From: a virus
Taxonomy: Duplodnaviria; Caudoviricetes
DNA length: 64,000 nt
IMG/VR virus record: IMGVR_UViG_3300038679_000051
Coordinates: 1 to 64,000 of that record
Reading direction: 5' to 3' (one strand)
Under the pieces are notes generated by a model that worked only from the letters and a program-made list of their open reading frames with translations, did not search any database and was not told where the DNA came from. This document shows, piece after piece, positions 57,801 to 64,000 of the stretch. The position numbers and the translations under genes were made by a program. Position 1 is the first letter of the stretch, and every line of letters starts with the position of its first letter.

Positions 57801-58744
57801 AACGACGACGTAGTTGATTTAACTTGACTGACCAACATGCCGGATGATTTTCTTGCCTCGTTGATTTCAGTCTCGTCGAAACGACCACTGTTGACGTTAA
57901 GATATTCAACTTCGGTACCAATGCCGTTGAGATATTCTGCGACGTTTTCCAACAGTTGAAACGACAACAGAATTCGGGGTGAGAAAACTGCAAACGTTTT
58001 CATTCCCTTTTTGATCAATTCATTGATAATTGCAGCTTGCACGTACGTCTTGCCGGTTCCAGTCGGCAATTCCACAATGCCTTTGTTGACGTTTGAAGCG
58101 ATTAATCCAACCACCACGTCAATGGCTTCAGTCTGATGTTGTCGCAATTTGATTTGTTGTCTATCCGCCGTCGGCGTCTGACTTGCAATGACTGACGCCT
58201 TAAAATCAGACCAGAAACCTACCATGTTGTCGGTCATATGGCGGAGGTCTTCACGAAGAAGCGTCCGCACCTTGCCCTGTAACATCTCAGATTCCGTAAA
58301 ATGATGTATGCTACCGGCCGAAGACATGATCAGCATGTTCTTGTCGTCTTTAATATGGACGCCATATTTACCCCACGACGCAGACAATAAATTCGTCAGT
58401 TTGTCTTCATTCGTCAACACATGATTTGCTTGACGATATTTTGCTTGTACCGTGATTGGTCTTCCATTTATTGTGGATGTGCCTTTGCCGTCAACGCCAG
58501 TATCTGAAGATACGTCTACTGGTTCATAATCGGAAATGCCGATCCGATTATCGTTTGATGACATTTTAATTAAATATTCAACGAACAATTCGAACCCATT
58601 GCCCTTAATTAAATTCGGTTCCATTCTGTTGGCATATTTAATAGCCAATGATTCGAGTTTATTACAATATGCATTCAGACCATTCACGCCGTCAAATAAT
58701 TCATCCGGATCAACGAAGTCCCGAAATGGGTGAATCAATCTCAT
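54884..58744 (-). CDS. Type ISP/IIG-like single-polypeptide RM enzyme (Mrr-like nuclease, SF2 helicase, N6-A methyltransferase, TRD)
   Basis: FELF..DTGVDG..VQAKY; PTGTGKT; DEAH; MLTEGIDVP; QGVGRSCR; DPASGDGNF; IVGNPPY. Confidence 0.87.
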   Translation of the reverse strand: MRLIHPFRDFVDPDELFDGVNGLNAYCNKLESLAIKYANRMEPNLIKGNGFELFVEYLIKMSSNDNRIGISDYEPVDVSSDTGVDGKGTSTINGRPITVQAKYRQANHVLTNEDKLTNLLSASWGKYGVHIKDDKNMLIMSSAGSIHHFTESEMLQGKVRTLLREDLRHMTDNMVGFWSDFKASVIASQTPTADRQQIKLRQHQTEAIDVVVGLIASNVNKGIVELPTGTGKTYVQAAIINELIKKGMKTFAVFSPRILLSFQLLENVAEYLNGIGTEVEYLNVNSGRFDETEINEARKSSGMLVSQVKSTTSSLEIYEVYKRAQANNKPLVISSTYHSAEQLDEAKKLGFELDVQLNDEAHHMVSDEFGKFTSIGNFSYSFTATPKITEGGKKGYGMNNEEKFGKIIFRKTPREMIDAGEMLPPALHIVEALGESNKEAEVKVDAYDEITRCLMLTFARHEEWLFLKSKEPTKIGAKMLITVKDQKTLKGILNSKELQEFHKTRTDVHVMALSSNVGVYSDGWVIQGTSDDWMLPSRHKDPFLRNLQNLKEDDKAIILYVDMLTEGIDVPGITSFMPLRSMSDTGFKQGVGRSCRLQRDDRKALYEGSLKPEQHVRFVKPYAAIVIPRVLIESKDYTERYKDLLYTLVDEYGLDKEMIRIDDMFGAKDEEPKGQNSLTRRLKTSKMEVEKYFQEVKDDLDRPLEIHELAVFDLLNLFIADPDAKDKVFGKIKTWFKDGLKEYDDRAWRRYKRDEDYLKTIDKARKAKRGVFSDDCRKKYGTIYTPEFVVKETVDLAFKYLPKDVDILNLTYCDPASGDGNFLIFLYHKLMREGTSIVDPIERSYHILTHCLHGIEILEPMYYACKIRLVTAHFETVLKHGGDCTKYVDLMDNWSPTNNGKVLNIHWGNTICMPDDTKEEWYQQPVIKKTIKCSANNKDKEGKDVDVEIGRPENEGGLLPEEIRNKKYDMIVGNPPYTRFIGYKYSEYKEQMDFAQIFVLWSLNHLDNGICALNISDVWLLNKLAEGAKQTRLLICGKIREIVSNSKIISYSMNGGGDLPTTVVCLNNVIENKLIYNDKEYQYSESDLLQQRFIDKLTDDWKPSFNFKTMNDYGTVQVSGRGNRDGQHKLNSGAYFDLGGENFYIARSEFVYIRSSNNIDVLFKIIKCNDLSIDVQKMCVGQGTGYMKHIGPMSKEKIIWLFGWLNSTMFRGKIQKFLKRKRIEKGGTNYQLINNIFKDAPVPDYDFYLNDRPERVKAYMEWIENNVRDKDNFLAGIDAEFERMIK

Positions 58745-58777
58745 GTTTTCTCGCTTTCATTATGGGGTGGGATTGTT

Positions 58778-59110
58778 TTACCACGTCAGTTTGGTGTTGT
58801 GTTTGTCCGTCGCCGTCATTATCTCGTCCGTCCGGTTTCTGCCGTCTTTTATCCCATCAACGAGCATTCGTAAAGATAATTCAATCACGCAGAGCAGTCC
58901 GTCCACGTCGGCAAGACATGCCAATTTATTGTCACCGAGATCAGGCCGGGGCGTTGGTTCACCTATGATTCTAATCCTTGGCGTAATCCACACGCCGTCC
59001 ATCTTGGGCAATTGTAATTGCCCGATGACAAGACCCATTATTGCTCCTTTCTTTGCGTTCGTTCCAAAAGACCAGCGGGTGCAAACCATTGCACAGGCAC
59101 TTGTTCGCAT
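58778..59110 (-). CDS. Hypothetical protein (true start probably MGLVIG)
   Basis: ORF track; GGAG upstream of the internal ATG. Confidence 0.55.
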   Translation of the reverse strand: MRTSACAMVCTRWSFGTNAKKGAIMGLVIGQLQLPKMDGVWITPRIRIIGEPTPRPDLGDNKLACLADVDGLLCVIELSLRMLVDGIKDGRNRTDEIMTATDKHNTKLTW

Positions 59111-59550
59111 ATTTCCTTCCTTAATTCCTTCCTTAATCTCTCGTCTTTGACATATTGAAGTGCATTGCTATTTTGTTTTATTGCTGCCATGCATATTTCT
59201 GGTGTTTGTTCTCTGACATATTCAAGTGCATGACCATCCTGTTTTACTGCTGCCAGACACATTTCCGGCGTCTGCTCCTTAACGTGATCTATCGTTCGAC
59301 CAGTGGTTACGCTCAGTGTGTATTTTCCGCCGCTAAGGAAATCCCAATCATCTTTCGTTATGGCTGCCATACAGATCTCAGGGAATTGTTTATCCAAACG
59401 TTTAAGTATCTCACAAAAATTTATTTCATCACTCAACAGTTTCTCGACAATTTCCTCATCCTTCATTTGTTCATAATCATTGTTTATCTTCCTTACTGCT
59501 TCAATTACGTCAGCTAATTGTTCCTTGCTTGCGCTCATCATCCAGTGCAC
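59038..59550 (-). CDS. DUF4116-repeat protein, paralog 3
   Basis: MHWMMS..QL.DVI.AVR.I N-terminus plus EQTPE repeats; GTG start. Confidence 0.8.
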   Translation of the reverse strand: MHWMMSASKEQLADVIEAVRKINNDYEQMKDEEIVEKLLSDEINFCEILKRLDKQFPEICMAAITKDDWDFLSGGKYTLSVTTGRTIDHVKEQTPEMCLAAVKQDGHALEYVREQTPEICMAAIKQNSNALQYVKDERLRKELRKEICEQVPVQWFAPAGLLERTQRKEQ

Positions 59551-59666
59551 GTTTTATCCTCTCTTCCGTCTCAGCCTGTAGAGCTTGTAGAGCTTTTTCT
59601 GTGGCCTGCCGCACACATTCTACAGCATTACGATGCCGTCGCCGCTTCTCGTCCTTGGCTGCTTGT

Positions 59667-60050
59667 TTACGTTGGCTTCGTACTCTCATCCCTATCCTCA
59701 TTCCCATCACCCTCGTCAGTCGAAATAAAAGCATATTCGCGTAGTTGGGATCGGGCATATGACAAAATCTTCTGAATCTCAACGATCACATCCCTAACCG
59801 TATCTCGATCACCTGCAGGATTTCTGGTTTCGACATCCAGATCACCATATTCGTCGCGCAATTTCAATAATTTCTCAACCAATTCAGTAATTTTCATTTC
59901 TTGTCTACTCCTATTTTTGTGCCTTTGGCGAGTCAACCTTAATGTGCGAAGCGGCAGGTACGCCAAATAAAACAGCCAGATCGCCAATGTCGAATACAAG
60001 ACACGCACACGGACGATCTGTTTGAAGGTCAAACCCCTCAATGTTGTCAA
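59667..60050 (-). CDS. Hypothetical protein (true start probably MKITELVEKL)
   Basis: LLKLRDEYGDLDV phage-type motif. Confidence 0.55.
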   Translation of the reverse strand: MTTLRGLTFKQIVRVRVLYSTLAIWLFYLAYLPLRTLRLTRQRHKNRSRQEMKITELVEKLLKLRDEYGDLDVETRNPAGDRDTVRDVIVEIQKILSYARSQLREYAFISTDEGDGNEDRDESTKPT

Positions 60051-60939
60051 TCAACGTCACAAATTGTAAGCATATGCGAGTACCACCCTGCTCAACGGTA
60101 TATTCCAGCCCTGGATACACCTTGTCGGCGATCGTGGGCCACAGCGTATGTAGAATTTTGCACTGCAATTCAGTCAGTTTTTTAACATCCGTTGCCGTCT
60201 CTTTAACCGTTGCCGTCTCTTTAACAATAGGGACGTCTCGCCATTCCGCTTCACATTTTCCTTCCGCACCAACAAGCCACTTCTGTTGTAAAATCTCTTT
60301 ATTAGATGTCTTCGCAATGTTTTTCGTCCCGTCAACCAGGATAAGCACTTCCCTCGTCACCAGCCGTAGTTCTGTCGTTCGTTCTTCCATGTCCGCCGTT
60401 TTCGGAACATCGTTTATCATCTTTCCTTCCTCTTTACTCACTGTGGTGTTGGTGTGTGTGTTTTGTGACTCCCAACTTATGCGTAATACGAAACCCCGGC
60501 CGAATGTGGCTTCCTGCCCGACAAAATACACACTTGAACCAACCCGTTCGATATGAACTGCATATCCGGCATCTGAGAGTTTATTTTTGATCAATTCACC
60601 TAGCGCGATTGAGGGTATCCAATCAATATCATTAAATCTCGTATTGTCTAACATAAACATCGATCTCCGTAGCTGCGGATCAATTTTACTAAACGCATCG
60701 GATATATTCGACGAGTCTACCACAATTGACAGCTTCTCGTTCATAGCCGCCTCTCTGATTCGATTACCTACAAATGAGACAACAGATGACACTACATGTT
60801 CCAATTCGCATTCTTTTTGGCATGTTTCCAGCAACTTTGCAGCTACATCCCCCCTCGCCGCAATTGCATTGCGGACTAACGCCCTAGCGTCTACAGCTGA
60901 TAATGATATTTTTTCATCTTCCTTCTCCCACTCTTTCAT
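59911..60939 (-). CDS. Hypothetical multi-module protein
   Basis: 342 aa; GGAAG RBS. Confidence 0.7.
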   Translation of the reverse strand: MKEWEKEDEKISLSAVDARALVRNAIAARGDVAAKLLETCQKECELEHVVSSVVSFVGNRIREAAMNEKLSIVVDSSNISDAFSKIDPQLRRSMFMLDNTRFNDIDWIPSIALGELIKNKLSDAGYAVHIERVGSSVYFVGQEATFGRGFVLRISWESQNTHTNTTVSKEEGKMINDVPKTADMEERTTELRLVTREVLILVDGTKNIAKTSNKEILQQKWLVGAEGKCEAEWRDVPIVKETATVKETATDVKKLTELQCKILHTLWPTIADKVYPGLEYTVEQGGTRICLQFVTLIDNIEGFDLQTDRPCACLVFDIGDLAVLFGVPAASHIKVDSPKAQK

Positions 60940-60952
60940 CTTCCTTCTCCTT

Positions 60953-61456
60953 TCATTGTGGCGATTCTGATCTCCATATCTTGCCGCAGTCTTTACATCG
61001 TAGGGTTACGACATCACCACCAGGATGACCATCTTCACATTTGATTTCCTCTACGTTGGTATGTTCCCATCGCCCTGTGGCGTCTTTGGGCATTGGATGC
61101 TCAGGGGAGCATGTTTGTCTTAATTGCTCATCCCTTGCTTCCTTCTCATCTATTGGCACTAGTGCATAATCATAATCGTCAATCATACCGGTCTCCCAAT
61201 CTCGTCTTATGTTACAGGTCTTCACTTCATAAATACCATCTTCGTATTTGTTGAGGTTCATTTTTAATGACATTTCTTCGGCACCTACATATTCTATGTC
61301 GTTTTCGAGAAGATTATGCCCCATACATTTACGACGCAGATAAGTCAGGCTGCGCTTGACATGAAAACCATTTTTGTCCGACCAAATCGACGTTCGCAAT
61401 CGAATGACGCAGCGACATTTCTCGATTGGAGGATGCAGATCAAGTTTGAGGTTCAT
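60953..61456 (-). CDS. Hypothetical protein
   Basis: GGGGAG RBS; ATGA overlap. Confidence 0.65.
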   Translation of the reverse strand: MNLKLDLHPPIEKCRCVIRLRTSIWSDKNGFHVKRSLTYLRRKCMGHNLLENDIEYVGAEEMSLKMNLNKYEDGIYEVKTCNIRRDWETGMIDDYDYALVPIDEKEARDEQLRQTCSPEHPMPKDATGRWEHTNVEEIKCEDGHPGGDVVTLRCKDCGKIWRSESPQ

Positions 61457-61881
61457 GTTCTCCCCGACTCCTTAAAGGCATGTTGAAGTTTGTCTGCTAG
61501 CTTTGGATATGTACTTATTATCAAATCTTTATATTCCTGACTGGTTTCTAGTAATTCTCCGCGAACGAATTTATCAACGTCTTCGCGCCATTTCGGCGGT
61601 ATTTCAAATACAAAAGTAGCATATGTTGAATCGTAAGGATCGTCGTAATCAGTCACATAACCATTTTTGGATTGTAGGGCTGAAATTTGATTGGCGTATT
61701 CCTCTCTATTATTACCCCCAACGCGAGTATAAATATGAATCATTCCATTGTATTCCGGACATGTTTCATCCATTAAGAAACAGTCACGAAACCGAGGATA
61801 TTTGTCTGGATGTTGACCAAGAATCGGAAGCACAAAAAATGTTGCTGGAGTCATGCCGTGAAGTAAATTGTAAAGGCTCAT
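61453..61881 (-). CDS. Phage hypothetical protein
   Basis: RFRDCFL..IYTRVGGNNRE..DDPYDSTYATF; AAGGAG RBS. Confidence 0.75.
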   Translation of the reverse strand: MSLYNLLHGMTPATFFVLPILGQHPDKYPRFRDCFLMDETCPEYNGMIHIYTRVGGNNREEYANQISALQSKNGYVTDYDDPYDSTYATFVFEIPPKWREDVDKFVRGELLETSQEYKDLIISTYPKLADKLQHAFKESGRT

Positions 61882-61916
61882 TTCCGTTCTCCTTATAGCC
61901 TCCTTTTATTGCAGCC

Positions 61917-62426
61917 TCATAACTGCAATATTCTCCCGCGTTTCTTCTTTGACACGGCGCGTTTCGCCCCGCTTACTTTATTCAAACATACGTCTTCGGC
62001 TTCGCCCGGATTAATGGCAAAATATGGTTGACCATATTCGCGCCACGTTTTATTATCAATACATAAAAATAATCTGACGTACGTGCCATAATGTGGATTG
62101 TTGGTATCGTCTAACATCCTACCAAAAGCATAATCGTTGATTCGTTGGTCAAATGGGTCAACACCTTCATAGATTGCTTTCATCAACTTTCTTCTGGCGG
62201 ATATAACGTCATGTCGATTGTGTTGAATATAACCACTGCCGTTTTTGAAACTGATGTCGCTATTTGAATGCAGTCCTGATAGAATCTCTTCATTTGTCAT
62301 GGGCATCTCCATTCTCTTGTCATCGTTACCGTCTCTTATTGGCTGGCTTTTTGAGGTCTTCAAATTCTTGGCGTGAATAGGTGACGACCAATACGCCTGC
62401 TGTCTTATGTCCATATTCCATGACAC
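61917..62426 (-). CDS. Hypothetical protein (true start probably MEMPMTNEE)
   Basis: ORF track. Confidence 0.55.
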   Translation of the reverse strand: MSWNMDIRQQAYWSSPIHAKNLKTSKSQPIRDGNDDKRMEMPMTNEEILSGLHSNSDISFKNGSGYIQHNRHDVISARRKLMKAIYEGVDPFDQRINDYAFGRMLDDTNNPHYGTYVRLFLCIDNKTWREYGQPYFAINPGEAEDVCLNKVSGAKRAVSKKKRGRILQL

Positions 62427-62541
62427 CTAATGGTCTGTCTTGTGGGGCGCATTTGATGCATTCCGTCAATCCGAGTTCCAATCTCTCTTCAGGCATCACT
62501 TGTCCACAAAAAGCACATTTACACATGTCGTTCCTCCTCAA
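62326..62541 (-). CDS. TraR/DksA C4-type Zn-finger protein
   Basis: CAFCGQVMPEERLELGLTECIKC. Confidence 0.7.
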   Translation of the reverse strand: MRRNDMCKCAFCGQVMPEERLELGLTECIKCAPQDRPLGVMEYGHKTAGVLVVTYSRQEFEDLKKPANKRR

Positions 62542-62570
62542 ACGATGAATGTTTACTTAATTTATCGAGA

Positions 62571-63140
62571 CTATGTTTTAACGTCGTTTGCTTGATCAAA
62601 CAACTTCCGATCTCCTTTAGTCAATGCCTTTAACAATTCTTCCTTCTCTTGTAAGTATAATTGAGCAAAGTGTGGATCGTGATCGACGATGGATTTCGTA
62701 TTGTCGATGAGATCGGCCAACTTGATGGTCTGAACCTCAGCACAACATTCTCCCAATCGTCGGCATTCAGTCGCTTTTCGAACAGCCCGATTGCCCAGAC
62801 CACTGCTCTGATCAGTAAGCTCGCATACATAGAAAATGACTTGTTTGTCGATTCCCATCTCTTGCATGTGGGCTACTGTAATCTTGGTGTCTTCCAACAC
62901 ATCATGCAACCAAGCAGCAGCAACTATGGCATCGCATCTGCCCTCCACGGCGTTCACCATAGTGGCTACGGCTGCGGGATGAACGATATAGGGGTCGCCG
63001 GTATATTTCCTGTCTTGCCCATAATGGGCATTGGCTGCCAGACGTGCCGCGTCATGGATCATTTTACTCACCCTCGATAGAGGCCAGATTCGACGTCTCA
63101 ATTGGTGTCTGATTTTACTTCTTTTGGACCTTACCGTCAA
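62571..63140 (-). CDS. HD-domain (SpoT/MESH1-like) hydrolase
   Basis: AHYGQDRKYTGDPYIVHP; AAWLHDVLEDT; IKLADLIDN. Confidence 0.9.
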   Translation of the reverse strand: MTVRSKRSKIRHQLRRRIWPLSRVSKMIHDAARLAANAHYGQDRKYTGDPYIVHPAAVATMVNAVEGRCDAIVAAAWLHDVLEDTKITVAHMQEMGIDKQVIFYVCELTDQSSGLGNRAVRKATECRRLGECCAEVQTIKLADLIDNTKSIVDHDPHFAQLYLQEKEELLKALTKGDRKLFDQANDVKT

Positions 63141-63850
63141 TACTTTTCGCTGTTTCTAAGATAATTCTTCCATTGTCCTTTCATAAAGCCTTCAGGGTTT
63201 ACTTCAAACGGTCCGACTTCTACCGGTTTGGCGTGTTGGAAATCATTGTGATCAGTCTTTGCGTCGAGAAAACCGAGCATGGCCGTTTTACCGACTTTCG
63301 ACAGCATTTTGCTGCCATAACCCAATCCAGGGCTGATGAAGTGCAGCGGTCTAAACAGCAGCGAAAATTTACCGTGGTTGTCAGCAAATTCACCAGTCAG
63401 ATGAAGCATGCTGATTTTGAATCGTTCAATTGATTTCTCCAGATTTGGAAAGAGGACGACGTGATACTTGTCGCTCTCAGCATAAACAAACAATTTAAAC
63501 CATTCAGACGGATTGCCTTCCGTCCAAACCTTTAGGTGTTCGACGACCTCCTCAGCCCGATCGATTAAGAAGCAGGGCGTGGCCGTCCCGCCGTCTTCAG
63601 TGGAGTACCAGAGACATGCTCCAGGCGAGGGTGCTTCATTTATGGCACGGGATATTTCGTTGGAATACTCTTCCACGTCTTTCTCGACCTTTGCGTAGAA
63701 CATGACCGGTGCCGGTTTCAAGAACAGTGGGATGTAACTGACGACGAGATACGTCGTACCTTTCTCTTCTTTCATGATTTCACCCCTCCTATAGCCCCAT
63801 GCTATTGTGTCATCAGTCCTTGACATGCGTCCCACGACGAGACATAACAT
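63137..63850 (-). CDS. Hypothetical protein (true start probably MKEEKG)
   Basis: ORF track; AGGAGGGG RBS before the internal ATG. Confidence 0.7.
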   Translation of the reverse strand: MLCLVVGRMSRTDDTIAWGYRRGEIMKEEKGTTYLVVSYIPLFLKPAPVMFYAKVEKDVEEYSNEISRAINEAPSPGACLWYSTEDGGTATPCFLIDRAEEVVEHLKVWTEGNPSEWFKLFVYAESDKYHVVLFPNLEKSIERFKISMLHLTGEFADNHGKFSLLFRPLHFISPGLGYGSKMLSKVGKTAMLGFLDAKTDHNDFQHAKPVEVGPFEVNPEGFMKGQWKNYLRNSEKY

Positions 63851-64000
63851 TCAAATCGCCCATCTCTCGTTCCATTTGTTGTTACCAAATCATGAATGTT
63901 TGCTTTATAAACAGAATCTTCAAATCCGAAGTATTCATATTGACCATGAAACCTTAAATGTCCTTTAGAAATTTCAACCATGCAAAGTTCGTCAGAAACT

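Noticed and set aside
44558-59550. Diversity-generating retroelement TR/VR pair among the DUF4116 repeats
   Set aside because: No reverse transcriptase in the window, and differences do not appear adenine-specific
1-64000. Eukaryotic giant virus or cellular chromosome
   Set aside because: Shine-Dalgarno sites, ATGA overlaps, sigma-70 and tmRNA argue against a giant virus; no ribosomal or housekeeping operons are present

Overview
This is most likely a 64-kb segment of a large (jumbo/huge) tailed bacteriophage, read in genetic code 11. It has Shine-Dalgarno sites and overlapping operonic genes, carries a sigma-70-like factor, tmRNA and tRNA, and shows no cellular housekeeping operons. Layout: (1) 1-8.2 kb and 11.8-21.9 kb, + strand: virion fibre genes (collagen, Cys-rich, Kelch), a papain protease, an oversized sigma factor, RuvC and an adenosine deaminase, with a block of small - strand genes in between. 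(2) 19.5-37.5 kb: a large glycosylation island with about 10 glycosyltransferase-like genes, GDP-mannose dehydratase, a sugar C-methyltransferase, a NoeA-like kinase/methyltransferase and a frameshifted FkbM methyltransferase. (3) Inside that island, a solitary Cas7/RAMP-like gene (31139-31876, -) whose 5' leader is a ~200-nt array of G-initiated pentamers, with no other cas gene and no CRISPR array. This is the best candidate for an unusual RNA-guided system. (4) 37.9-39.6 kb: an RNA cluster with an unassigned structured GC-rich RNA, tRNA-Ile2(CAU) and tmRNA. (5) 39.6-64 kb: mostly - strand small accessory genes, including a Ser/Thr-like kinase, three DUF4116-repeat paralogs, a Type ISP-like nuclease-helicase-methyltransferase, a TraR/DksA-like Zn finger and an HD (p)ppGpp-hydrolase-like gene. 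All family assignments come from motif recognition by eye; no database search or folding program was run.
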